NCBI RefSeq assembly: GCF_009914755.1
Contig: NC_060926.1
Source of the DNA: the human T2T-CHM13v2.0 reference genome, Homo sapiens
DNA: 64,000 bases
Strand: one strand, 5' to 3'
This document shows, one piece after another, positions 44,382 through 59,156 of this stretch. The notes under the pieces are model-generated. The model did not search any database. It was not told the origin of the DNA and saw only the letters and a list, made by a program, of their open reading frames with translations. The translations under genes and the position numbers were made by a program. How positions within the stretch are numbered: position 1 is the stretch's first letter; each line of letters starts with the position of its first letter.

Positions 44382-45366
44382 TGTCTCATTTAATCTTCAT
44401 AGCTACCTTATGACATAGTTTCTGCTGTTGTCCTCATTTTACAGATGAGGACACAGGCACAGGAAAGTTAAGTGACTTGGCCAGGGTCATGTAGCTACTA
44501 TCTGGTTATGGGGGAAATTAAGCCCTGAGGTCCTGAGACACCCATAGTGTGTAACGAATTAACTTCTCTTCTGCACATGTAGAACGGAACTAGCTATCTA
44601 CCTTCCTTGAGAGAACTGAGAAAATAGCCACACAGATCATTTTCTACAGCGTTTAATTCTCTCATCCTGGTTGAAAAGGCTGGGTTTACAGTGAATGAGC
44701 ACATTCATTCTCCTGGGGTTGAGCTTTCTCCCATATGGAGTATGGATACTTGCAGGCTGATCAGCATCCTTTAGATCTCAAATATCCTTTGCCTGTTGTT
44801 TTGGGGAAAACTCTAGCCCTGTTTTTTCTGTACGGTTACACTGTTGTCACAACAAGCAATACAGAAGCAGACTGCTGTGACCAAAGGTGTGGGGTTCTCC
44901 CCCGACCCCATACACCAATTGTAGTCGCCTGACAGGTTCTTCTTGCCTGCTGCATAGATTAAACCCAATTCATGAGACAGTGTGATTGCAGCAGAGAAAG
45001 AGTTTAATTATGGCAAGCTGGCTGAGCGGTGGGAGGACAGGAATTATTACTCAACTGTGTCCCCACAAAGGCTCAGAGGTTAGGGTTTTTCAAGGATGGT
45101 TGGATGGGCAAGAGGGCTAGGAAATGGGTGCTGCTGATTGGTTGGGAGTGAAATCATAAGAGTATGAGAAACAGCCCTTGTCCACTGCATATCATCTCGG
45201 GGGGGCCACGGGACTGTTTGAGTCATGAGTCAGGTTCAGTGGAGTCAGTTGGTCACCAGGATGCAAAAGTCTGAAAAAATATCTCAAAAGATCAGTCTTA
45301 GGATATGTTATCTATAGGATCAATTGGGGAAGTCACAAGTATCGTGGCCTCTGGTGCAGTAAACAA

Positions 45367-45653
45367 TTTTTTTAAAAAAAGACAGTGTCTCTCTGTTGCC
45401 CAGGTTGGAGTGCAATGGCGTGCTTGTGGACAGCCTCAAACTCCTGAGCTCAAGCGATCCTCTCACCTCAGCCTCCCGAGTAGCTGAGACTACAGATGCA
45501 TGCCACCACGCCTGGCTAAAAAAGTTTTTAAATTTTTTGTAGTGATGGGGTCTCGCTATGTTGCCTGGGCTGGTCTCAAACTCCTGGCTCAAGCAGTCCT
45601 CCTGCCTCAGCTTCCCAAAATGCTGGGATTACAGGTGTGAGCCACTCCACTGG
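45367..45653 (-). mobile_element. Alu (J-like) within LTR8
   Basis: TSD gtaaacaatt. Confidence 0.88.
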
Positions 45654-45798
45654 ATGGTAAACAATTACATTAATAGAGAGGCAAGCTGCACCTACATTTT
45701 AGCAGAATTCAGACCCTTCCCATAATCCTAATCTTGAGGCCTTTCATTAGTCTTCCAAAGGCACTTTCAAGTTCCCTAACAAGAACAGAGTCAGTTTT

Positions 45799-46285
45799 CA
45801 CATGCACACGTATGTTTATTGCGGCACTATTCACAATAGCAGAGAGACTTGGAACCAACCCAAATGTCTGTCAGTGATAGACTGGATTAAGAAAATGTGG
45901 CACATATACACCGTGCAATACTGTGCAGCCATAAAAAAGGATGAGTTCATGTCCTTTGTAGGGACATGAATGAAACTGGAAACCATCATTCTGAGCAAAT
46001 TATTGCAAGGACAGAAAACCAAACACCGCACGTTCTCACTCATAGGTGGGAACTGAACAGTGAGAACACTTGGACACAGGGCGGGGAACATCACAAACCG
46101 GGGCCTGTCATGGGGTGGGGAGACGGGGGAGGGATAGCATCAGGAGATATACTTAATGTAAATGATGAGTTAATGGGTGCAGCACACCAACATGGCACAT
46201 TTGTACGTATGTAACAAATCTGCACGTTGTGCACATGTACCCTAGAACTTAAAGTATAATAAAAAAATAAATTAATTAAAAAGAA
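45799..46285 (+). mobile_element. 5'-truncated L1PA (3' end) with 18-bp TSD
   Basis: L1PA 3' UTR ..gcacatgtaccctagaacttaaagtataataaaa; TSD aagaacagagtcagtttt at 45781-45798 and 46286-46303. Confidence 0.95.
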
Positions 46286-47342
46286 AAGAACAGAGTCAGT
46301 TTTAGGGAGGGACTATTACCATCCTTGATTCAAACTTACACCACAAACTAAATTCTTCCCATGGTTAGCTTGGCCTGTGCCCAGGAATAAGGGAGGACAG
46401 CCAGCCTGTGAGGCCAGAAGCAAGATGGAGTCAGCCATGCTAGACTTTTTTCACTACCATGTTCTTGTAAAGGCGGTTTCACAAGCAGCAGACACCAGCT
46501 GGCTGTCCTCCAGTTCAATTAGACACTATCTACTTGGAGGTAGTGTTAGATCCCACAGGCTGGGGGCTCAGTCCCCAAGACTGTCTTCCACCCCAGACAC
46601 CAGTCACAAATCAACCTCCAGAACTTCTGACCAACCGGCTTCAAGTTGGGGTTCCCACAGCCCCCTCTTTGGGTTTGAATAATTTGCTGGAGTGGCTCAT
46701 AGAACTCAGGGAGACACTTGTGTTTACTGGTTTATTATAAAGGATATTGCAAAGCATACAGATAGAGAGGTGCGTAGGGCAAGGTGTGGGGGAGGGGACA
46801 TGGGGGTTCCATGCCCTCCCTGGGTGCCACCCTCCAGGACCCTCTGTGTGGTTTGCCATCCTGAAGCTCGAGAACCAGTCCTCTTTGATTTTTATGGAAG
46901 CTTCTTGGTGTCAGCATCTCTTCCCCCAGGGTACAGGGTGAGACCCTCTCTGGGGAGGGCCTTAAGACCCACAGTCAGAAAAGTGGGGGACGATAAGAGT
47001 CCTGCCTTGGGGCAGGAGAAGTTCAGAGAGATTCTGTCTCCTGAGGCCTTAACACTCCATGTTATAACCGAAGACTGTAACAAGGGATTTGAGAGTTACG
47101 AGCCGGGAACTGTGGATGAAAACTAATACAGTTTACAAAGCCTTTGCTGGGACATACCAGCTTTGAGTTTCAAGGTTACGCTGTGAAGTAGGCAGAGGGG
47201 CGGGGGCTTCACCTGAGACCCAGAGATTTCCATGCATTTGCCTTGGACTAGAAGGCAGGCCTCCTGCCTGCACACTTCAGTGGGTCCAGATGCATGGCCG
47301 AGTGTATGAGCAACAGCACTGACCATCCCTCTGTTCTCTCAG

Positions 47343-47456
47343 CTGACCCAAGCCTTATCTGGAAGATTTAATTCTCACGTTCACGTTGAATATGAATGGC
47401 GACTACTCCACGAAGACCTGGATGAAAGTGATGACGACATGGATGAGAAATTGCAG
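47343..47456 (+). CDS. ASAP2: ASAP2 exon ~21 (acidic segment after ankyrins)
   Basis: ctctcag|CTGACC...TTGCAG|gtctgt; 114 nt, phase 0-0; LTQALSGRFNSHVHVEYEWRLLHEDLDESDDDMDEKLQ. Confidence 0.95.
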
Positions 47457-49020
47457 GTCTGTGCCAGGTTGCTAACCATTAAGAGTTTTGATCAGCTTCA
47501 TCCAGAACAGTGTGGGTCCTAATCTGTAATTAAGGCAGAAAGCTGTTTTATAGAAATGAAAATGTAGCTTACTTTATGCTTTCATTGATCTCAGTAGGCT
47601 CTTGGTTTTACCCTTCCCACTACCATCTCCTGTCTCCCAGCTCCTGCACCCATTAATTTAAAGGAATGGCTAATTATGTACTTATAGGCAGCCTTTTGCT
47701 ACAAAGGAAAGGTGTGTGTGGCGGGGGGGTTGATTCCAGTGGATTTAGAGGAAGGTCTCTTGCTATGGAGTCATGTCATAAAGAGCCAGATTTCCCCCAG
47801 TCTAGGTGATCACATTCTCCTGGTTGATCTTATAAAAACATCAACTGAAATCATCAGACGACCTTTAGAGCTCACTGGGTCCAACCCCTTCCTTTATCAG
47901 TTTGGGATATTGAAGCCTCAAGAGAAAAGTTGACTTGGCCAAAGTGAAGCAGCTATTTAGAGGCAGGCTTGGGACTGCACGAAGGCTCTTGCCTCCTCCT
48001 CCAGCTCCCTTCTTACCATCCTCACTGCTTCATACGCAGGGGTGAGCCCCAGGAAGGTTGCTGCCTTCACGCAGGACTTGGAGCTGAGAGTCAGACTTAG
48101 GCCTTGTGACCCAAAGCCCTGGCTCCTAGCCGCGACCCACTTCCATCTGTCCTTCAGCATGGTGCTTCGAGGCATGTCTGGAATGTGCTCTGTGCTGAAT
48201 TAGTGGCAAATGCCACATTAAACACATTTTCATGGTTTGGCTTTTTTTTTTTTCTGTAATGCATTAATGTTCTGATGTGTATTGAGGATATCTAATTAGA
48301 TGGATGGATAGGTCAGTAGGTAACCAGATGGCATTTCTGAAACCTGTTGGACTGTCTGCTCATGGAGTTAACATCCATACTTAACTGCTTCTTAGAATAC
48401 AGAATAAGAAATTACTTCACTGAGTTAGCTACAAAACACTGTCAAAGTGAGAAGAGTTGACTGATTTCATACTTAACCTGCCTTAAAAAAAAAAAGCTGG
48501 AAGCAGTCTGCCCCAGCCTGCCTCTTCATCAAGCGGTCAGATGCCACATTCCCATTTGATGAGCAGTGATGAAGCAGGTTGCATAGTCCAAGGAAAAGCA
48601 CAAGAGCAGGGGCTGGTGTGGAGTCCTAAGACTCATCCACGCTGCTCACCTGATTCTCAGCAGACAGCAGCCGTGGGCTTTGCAATTTAGAAATATGTGT
48701 GAAGAACCACTGGGTGCTTAGTTCTGCACACCTGAGCTGGGTTTGAACCATTGGTTTGTCCAGAACCTAGAAAGGGTTGGTGGTCCTGTGAGGGAGAGGC
48801 AGGGCTGCCACAGTTCATACTGAGCACCTGCTAAGCACCTGGCATTGTGCTAGAAAAGCACTCGTCATATCCAGTGAACAGACAAGAATGTGGTCAGCAA
48901 GGTTGAGTCATTTGCTCACAATCATACCTAGTTTAATGAAGCTGGCATTTGAAATAGAAGTTAGGTCTAAGTTACCTGAGTCATCATTCCATGCATTCAC
49001 TTCCAAGAAAGCACATGACC

Positions 49021-49562
<542 letters not shown>

Positions 49563-49841
49563 AATTTGGAGGAATCTCAGGAGCTCCTGTTCATATGGGA
49601 GGAAAACATCGATCTCTGCTGAATGAGCCATATAGCTGTTGGAGATTGAGTGCAGCGGGCTGGCCAGAGCTGGCCACCCTGTGGGGTAGCATAAGAAGGC
49701 ATGTTTGGGAAGGGGAACTTCAGGGAAAATGCTGACTTAGGTTGAGATAACTTCAACTCATAAGATAAATAGCTTATATTTTAAATCCATCACAGAATGG
49801 AGAATTTTAACCTGTAATTAACAGATTTTTTGGTATGTGTG

Positions 49842-50178
49842 TGTTTACTAGTCAGTTCTTACACTGCTGTAAAGAAATACCTGAGACTGGGTAGTTTATA
49901 AAAGAAAGAGGTCTAATTCACTCACACCTCCACATGGCTGGGAAACATACAATCATGGCAGAAGGGGAAGCAGGCACCTCTTCACAGGGTGGCAGGAGAG
50001 AGAGCAAGCGAGAGCAGGGAAAACTGCCTTATAAAACCATTAGGTCTTGTGAGAACTCACTATCCCAAGAACAGCAGAGGGGAACCGCTGCCATGATCCA
50101 GTCACCTCCTTCCCTCGACAAGTGAAGATTACAATTCGAGGTGAGATTTGGGTGGGGACACAAAGCCAAACCATATCA
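49842..50178 (-). mobile_element. THE1/MST MaLR LTR
   Basis: aagaaatacctgagactgggt..aatcatggcagaagg..gagatttgggtggggacaca..caaaccatatca. Confidence 0.88.
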
Positions 50179-50391
50179 GTGTGTGTTTCCTTCATGAGAC
50201 ACAAGGAGGAGTGAATTTTCACTCTTGCAGCTCTCACGCAACTTGTAGCTCTCAGGCAACAGTTGAGAGCTCAAATGGTACCAGGCCCAGCAGAGTTGGT
50301 GTCAGTGAGGTTTTCACCCCTGTGTTGAATGTTATCACCAGGAGCAGTTCATATTTGTCTCACACGCCTCTGCCCCAATGTTCTCCTGCAG

Positions 50392-50644
50392 CCCAGTCCC
50401 AACCGGCGGGAAGACCGGCCCATCAGCTTCTACCAGCTGGGCTCCAACCAGCTTCAGTCTAACGCTGTATCTTTGGCCAGAGATGCTGCAAACCTTGCCA
50501 AGGACAAGCAGAGGGCTTTCATGCCCAGCATCTTGCAGAATGAGACTTACGGAGCCCTCCTGAGTGGCAGCCCACCTCCCGCCCAGCCTGCAGCCCCCAG
50601 CACCACCAGCGCCCCCCCGCTTCCTCCACGGAATGTTGGCAAAG
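50392..50644 (+). CDS. ASAP2: ASAP2 exon ~22 (start of Pro-rich region)
   Basis: ctgcag|CCCAGT...CAAAG|gtatga; 253 nt; PSPNRREDRPISFYQL...APPLPPRNVGK. Confidence 0.96.
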
Positions 50645-53159
50645 GTATGAAGCTGTCCGTCATCCCTGTGAATATATAGAGGGTCTTGTTTTGTGGTTTG
50701 GGAAGTTTGCAGCTGCCCTGCCTCCAACTCAGTGACCTTTGGGCTCTTTTGTTTTGTAGTTATTTTCTGTTTGCTTCCTAAAGGGATTCCATCATTCTTA
50801 TCAGGCCAGATGGTGGTAGAGTCTCTTGATTTGACTCTTATTCTGGGCAGAGTTGTGGCATCTGCCTGGCTTGGGTAACATGGGAACTCCCCCAGGGCAG
50901 CCTGAGGTGGCCAACTGGGCTCCCGGGGCTGGGCCAAAAGACACACTCCTTCAGGTCTCCCCTCTGCACCCTTCTGTTTACCTTTCTCCACTCCTTCCCA
51001 GGCCTTCATTCTTCCTTTTTATTTCTCTTCTGCCTTCATCTGGTCCAGCTCATGGCCCCTGCGATTACTTCTTACCCATGATCCCCATAAAAGATATTGG
51101 GGAACGATGCTCGGCCTAATTGTAAAATACAAAACCAGCCCTGTGGGCCTACCAGTGTCTTAGGGCAAAAAGCATGCTTTTCTTACCTCAGCTGTAACCT
51201 GGAGGTTTTGACTCAACAGGTGACACTTTCTGTTTTTAGAAATACGCAAACCAAAGCTCTCAGAAGTTAAGTAATTTGTTCATTCCTGAAGAGCAGCTGG
51301 CTACGGTGCTTCTTGAAGGCAGGTCCGGCGAGTGACCCACTCAGCTCTGGGCTGAGCTCCAGTCGTGGCCATGGCCTTCAGAGGGTTTCCCACATGAAGG
51401 AGGCTGCTGAGACTTTGATGCGGGGCGGGGGGCCCAGGAAGGACAAGAGTCTGCACAGAGCATGTATCCAGGCATTGTGGCCGCTGTGAGCCGCTGATGG
51501 AGTGGAGCCCACGTCCCCAAATACATCCCAAACTGTCCTTATGTGGTAGCTGCTAGCTGGGCAGGCTGGGTCGGTGCGTGAGGGTGGCTGAGGCCGGGAG
51601 ACCTGGCCCAGGGCTGAGCAGACGGCTGCAGCTTTGTGCTGCACGTACACTCGGCTGTGCTGCTGGGCCCATCTTCCCTGCCGTCCTGGGTGTCTCACAG
51701 ACCCTCACACGGCTCTGCCCCTGTCATTCAGGGAGGCCCAGAGAAGTGACAGTGAACCTGTCATGTGAGTCACTGAGTCATACCCCGAAGAACAAACCTG
51801 CTGAGAGCAGACCTTCCCCCAGGCAGGCCCAGAAGCCAGCTGCTTGCTGTCCCCACACAGCCCACATCCCAGACCGCGTCCATCCCTGGCTTGATGAGGA
51901 CGTCCCTGAGCACAGAAGGCAGCTACAAGATGAAGCCACACAGTCGCATCTCCTCCCTGTCAAACCCCCAGGCTGGCTGGTCGGGGCCCAGGGTGGGTGC
52001 GGCTTTCTCCCCGCCTCTCCCAGATCCTGCAGGCAGGCATCAATTTTCTACGGCCCACAATCAAGATGATTTTGATCATCCTCCTTCCCAGCAGTGGCTT
52101 TTGCTGACTGTGTGTGTCACGGGAGGAAAGATTTTATTTTGTTCCACTGGGTCATGGAGGGGTAAACTCTTAATCTCCTGGTTTCCCGAAGTCTTGGAAT
52201 TCAAGGGTTTTGATTTTTTTTCCTTTTTCTTTTTGCCGTTCCTGTCCCTAGCATCATTTCTTCTTCCAGTAATGTAGGTCATACCCCTTACCTGCCATCT
52301 CCACCATTCTCTGTGTAGCCCACATGTGGTCTTGGATGGAATTCTCACATGCAGATAAATAGCAAATGGAGTTGACAGTGTCAGCCTTGCATTTGGGGCG
52401 GACCTGGCTCCCCAGGGGAGGAGCTCGAAGGCTTCCTCTGGACCCAGTGGCCTGGCCCATTTCTAGGCCTAGCCTTTGCCCTACAGGCCGTGCACAGCCT
52501 CCAACATGGGGTCACACCTAGCACCTGGGCCCTGTGCACCTGAGCTTGGAGGTTTGTGAGGCAGAAGAAGGGCTTGTGACCTGGAAAATGCCATCTCTTG
52601 TGGGTCACCTGAACCTGATTGGTGTCATCTGTGTCTGCTTCCAGCCAGAAATATGTTTGCGGGAGGGAGGGAGAGAGAGCCCCTCCTCTAGTGTCTGATT
52701 TGCACTCTGCCCCCAACCTGTGCCAGCTGGGCACACGGTGTTCCTCTTCACATGGTGGTGACTCCCACAGCCCATGGGAAGGAGTCGGTGGGAGGGTGGA
52801 GAGGAGCAGAAGTTCCAGAAGCTCCAAGTGCAGTGTTCGCAAGAGAACATTGTGACTGTTTATTTCCTTCTTCAAATGATACTGATATTTGATAAATAAA
52901 CTCAGGAATTTTAAATTTCATGGATTGAGAAAACCTGCTGAGAATAGTCCTTGGAGCCTCTTCGGTTTCGCGAGTATCAGTGTCTATCTTCCACATGCCG
53001 GAGACAGGAGTAAAAGCATTGAGGGTTCTAGGTAGAAGGGTCATACTGACCGTTTCATAAGGGGGAGGATCAATAACGCAGTGTTCTGTTTCTGTTTTTG
53101 TTCGTGTGTGCACGTGTATGTGTGCGTGCATGCGTCTGTGTGCATGCGTGTGGGTTCAG

Positions 53160-53294
53160 TTCAGACAGCCTCCTCTGCTAACACCCTGTGGAAGACAAAC
53201 TCTGTAAGTGTGGACGGTGGAAGCCGGCAGCGATCTTCGTCAGATCCGCCAGCTGTCCATCCACCGCTGCCCCCTCTTCGCGTGACATCTACCA
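53160..53294 (+). CDS. ASAP2: ASAP2 exon ~23 (symmetric 135-nt cassette, Pro-rich)
   Basis: gttcag|TTCAGA...TACCA|gtacgt; phase 1-1; (V)QTASSANTLWKTNSVSVDGGSRQRSSSDPPAVHPPLPPLRVTST. Confidence 0.93.
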
Positions 53295-53651
53295 GTACGT
53301 TTTTTTCCTTTTTCCTTTCTTGCCCGTGGGCTTTGTAGATCTGGATGGCGGGGGGTGCTCTCTGGAGCCACACAGCTGCCAGCACAGACACGTGCCAAGT
53401 GCCCCGTGTTGTATGGCTCCCTGTGGCTCTTGTGCAGGGCTCTCAGCTCCCCCAGCCTCCTTCGTCACAGCTGCAAACCCCTGCCTGTCCCCACACTGCA
53501 CCACCAAGTAGCTTCCTCACTCCCTTCCTCTGTCTTCCAAAGCATTTCAGCAACATTTCCTCCTTTACACAGTACCCCAGGGTTTCTTTTTCCTTTGGCC
53601 ATTTGGTGATTTTCAATATTTTGGGGACAGTCACTTGGATTAGAATCTGGC

Positions 53652-54253
<602 letters not shown>

Positions 54254-55579
54254 GGCATGTTTTCTTTAATATCAACATGTGGTTGAAAGTCCTGAAAACC
54301 TTGGGTAAAGAAGCGGGAGGAGGTTTTTAGGAAGAAGTTTTTCTCCAGTGTACAGAACTAAAGTCTTTTTTCACTGGATCAGAGAAGCGAGCCCTGGATG
54401 CTGCCCTGTCTCCTGCTGCAGCAGCCCTGGAGTGGGGAGTCCAGCATCTCTGGGCTTCATTGCTTCCAGAGCATGAGAATTCTAGAGCCGAGGTGCTCGT
54501 GACTTCCTTAGAGTAAGTTAAAATTAAAAGCAGCCCAGCCCCAGCTAGAGTCAGTGCCATGTGTGCACATGCCGGCAGCAGAGCCGGGAGCAGTGGGTCT
54601 GGGAGGGTCTTCAGAGGTTTCCAAGGCGAACACACCAAAGGCCAGAAGGAACCACTTTCCTGCCTCTCCGTCTGGTGGTCCAGGGGCTGCATTTGTGTGC
54701 TAGAGTCAGACTTTTGAGTTTTCCTTTAAATTGGAAAAAGGAAACAATAATGATAAAAAGAAAGATCATAAGCTGGATCCCTTCATGTTTCCCCACGCCA
54801 GTTTCCTCTCTGTGTAGCTGAAGGCCTCATTCTTCCTGGCTTTTCCTGGCAGAGGGAAACCCAGCGCCTTATGTGTTACCCATCCTGAGGCCCAGTATGA
54901 TAAGCCCGACATTTAGAGAGGGCTTAATGCCTATCAAGGGAGGAGAGACGGAGGAAGGAGACTTGGACTCACAGCCTCCCTCCAGGTCTTACCAGCTCTG
55001 CCACCCTTGACGAGAGCTCTTCCCCTCCGTGGGCCTCAGCCTCCTTGTCTGTAAAACGTAGACACTAAGAAAGCTCTTCACCCACCCACTCCGGAGACTG
55101 AGGAGCCGTTACTAAGTTAGTAGCTCCCATCTCTCCTCAGATCCACCCTGCCCAGCAGCCCGATGAAGTGGGTAGGGCCTCATCCCTTTGGCCACAGGTC
55201 AGTCGATGTGCAAAGCAGGCCCTGCTTCCCCGGGCAGAGCTGAGGGCCCCGGCCTCCTGCTGTTGGGTCTTTGAGTGGAGAGCAGGAAACTGCTGGCTTT
55301 CCCCCAGGGAGTTCTAGCTGAGAAAATACTCACTCACAGGCTGATAGAAAAATTGTCATCCTAACTTTAGGCTCCCAGCTTCCTTATTAGTTTGGAAAGG
55401 ACTCCCTGCTTCCTCCCTGTGAATGGTTTTCTGAAAACTGGCAAGGAAATAGCAGCAGGTTTTTCCTTAGGAAATAGCAATAAAAAACTGAAGCCCTTCT
55501 CAGAAAAGCCTCCAGTGAGGAGGCCTGAGTGGGAAGCCTGGCGGCTGACCCTCTGCACGTCTCTCCCTGTCCTCCGCAG

Positions 55580-55745
55580 ATCCCCTGACCCCCACGCCGC
55601 CCCCACCCGTTGCCAAGACGCCCAGCGTAATGGAAGCCTTGAGCCAGCCGAGCAAGCCTGCCCCGCCTGGGATCTCACAGATCAGGCCCCCACCTCTGCC
55701 CCCACAGCCGCCCAGCCGCCTCCCGCAGAAGAAGCCTGCGCCGGG
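55580..55745 (+). CDS. ASAP2: ASAP2 exon ~24 (Pro-rich)
   Basis: ccgcag|ATCCCC...CCGGG|gtaagc; 166 nt; PLTPTPPPPVAKTPSV...PQKKPAP(G). Confidence 0.95.
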
Positions 55746-56249
55746 GTAAGCCACCCCCAGCCAGCTCGGCCATCCGTGCTCCTGCCCTCTGACCTCACCT
55801 GCCCAGGGCTCTGCAGGAATGTTTGCAATCCCCAGGGCTCCTACTCCAGCGTGGGCGCCACATAACTAATTCATCGGGGCTGAAGGGTCTTAAAAATAAC
55901 TGGAGGATTTTTAGACTGTAAAAATGTCTTACAAATGTACATTTTAAGTCCACAGAATGAATTCAGACAAAGTGTCCTCAACACACAAGGCTTCTGGGTT
56001 CTATTTGCTGCTCACCCCCCAGGTGGTCTCTGTTTCTGTTTTCTATTTTCCCAAGGTTGTTTTGAACACATAGACCCTCTGTGGTGTGAGGCGTGGATTT
56101 CCCACAAACAAGGACATTGTCCTACCTCACACAATACCACCTGCAAAATCAGGAAATTAACACGGATGTAGAAACACCACCCAATCCTTAGACCCAGGTC
56201 AAGCTTAGCTGTTTGTCCAAATAATGCCCCTTGTTGCAGATGGGTCTAG

Positions 56250-56560
<311 letters not shown>

Positions 56561-56794
56561 CCAGTTCGTGGCTCTTAATCTGGATCTTTATGGTGGGAAA
56601 TGGTTCCTTTTAGTGGAAATGATATTTAGAGGCCAAGTTCTGGGGGCTAGGTGGAGAGTCACTGCTCCCACACAGGCCCTCTGAGCTGTTAGAACTTGGA
56701 AATATACGCACATGTACATGGATACATACATACACCACTTATCTCTCTATTCCGTATATTTCTGTATTGAAATCCATGAGTTCACATTGACATC

Positions 56795-57270
56795 TCTGAT
56801 TTCAGTTGTTCTAGTAACAAACCACACCAGACTGACAGACATGAGGCACAGCCAGTTTATTCTGCTGACAGATTGTCAGGAATTTGGATGGTACTGTGGG
56901 GTCTTCGTCTTTTCTCCACAGTGTCTGGAGCCTTCGCTGAAAGGACTCGAAGCCTGGGGGTGGTTGGACACAGGAGGTGACTCGTTGGCTGGGGGTTACG
57001 GTCAGAGTCTCTTCACGCCCCCCGTGGTAGCTGACGCTGCCTGTCAGCCAGAGCCTCAGCTGGGCTGTGACCAGAACACCTACATGTCCCTGGCATGGGC
57101 TTCCTCATATCACGGTGGCTGGGTCCACGGACAGGTCCCCAGAGAGAGGCCTGGCCCTGGAAGCTGGCACGGAATGACTTCCGCCATACGTCACTGCTCA
57201 GTTACAAGCTCAGACACAGTCGGGGCAGAGAGGACTGTGGAGTGGCACAAGGAAGTCATCAGTTCCACCT
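56795..57270. mobile_element. MLT1-type MaLR LTR
   Basis: gtcaggaatttgga..ctccacagtgtctggagcct..ggactcgaagcctgggg..tgggcttcctcat motifs. Confidence 0.5.
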
Positions 57271-57287
57271 CTCAATAAAGAATTTGG

Positions 57288-57583
57288 GGCCAGGCGCCAT
57301 GGCTCACGCCTGTAATCCCAGTACTTTGGGAGACCAAGGTGGGCGGATCACCTGAGGTCCAGAGTTTGAGACCAGCCTGGCCAACATGGCAAAACCCCAC
57401 CTCTACTAAAAATACAAAAAAATTAGCTGGGCATGGTGGCATGCACCTGTAATCCCAGCTACTCAGGAGGCTGAGGCAGGAGAATCCCTTGAACCCAGGA
57501 GGCGGAGGTTGCAGGGAGCTGAGATCACGTCATTGTACTCCAGCCTGGGCAACAAGAATGAAACTCCATCTCAAAAATAAAAA
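57288..57583 (+). mobile_element. Alu (Sp/Sq-like) with TSD
   Basis: TSD aataaagaatttgg at 57274-57287 and 57584-57597. Confidence 0.93.
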
Positions 57584-57626
57584 AATAAAGAATTTGGAGA
57601 CTAGGCACCATGGCCCACATCTGTAA

Positions 57627-58002
<376 letters not shown>

Positions 58003-58395
58003 CATCCCTGAAGTTTTTTAGGAGTAGAGAAATAAAGTTAAACTTTTACTTAGTCCCTCTGTTTTTCAAGATATTCCCAATAGCCGCACCTGGTATCCCC
58101 CATCCAGACACCGTCCGTTTTGCCCTCTCCAAGAATAGAAGCTTCCTGTCCTTAGTAGGTTGGGCAGGGCAGCGGCTAAGGCTACTCAGAGCTGGGGCGA
58201 GATTCCAGGGGTTCAGGAGCTCCTCAGACAGATTTTTGGCTAATTCTTCTGCATACTACCTTGCCTTTCTCCCCTTCCAGAGGGTCCTGAGCCTTCTGAG
58301 GACACTTCAGGACTACAGATAGGAGCATTTCAGGGCCTTCCTCACTGCTGGAGTGGGATTCCATTCCTGAGATCAACTAGGTTGACTGTGATTTA

Positions 58396-59156
<761 letters not shown>

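Larger units (their letters stand above)
44920..46481 (-). mobile_element. LTR8-family (ERV1) solo LTR, split by Alu and L1PA
   Basis: begins tgtagtcgcc..ttgcctgctgc..gagaaagagtttaatt, ends aaaggcggtttca (TG...CA ends). Confidence 0.75.
44800..47130 (-). mobile_element. MER21-family LTR split by LTR8 (pieces ~44800-44919 and ~46482-47130)
   Basis: tgtgaccaaaggtgtggggttctcccc..caccaa continues after the insertion as caagcagcagacaccagctgg..catagaactcagggagacac..gggaactgtggatgaaaac. Confidence 0.7.

Noticed and set aside
50335-51009. 224-aa antisense ORF over exon 22 (likewise 12732-13301)
   Set aside because: Shadow ORFs opposite coding exons, with no recognisable domain or promoter evidence
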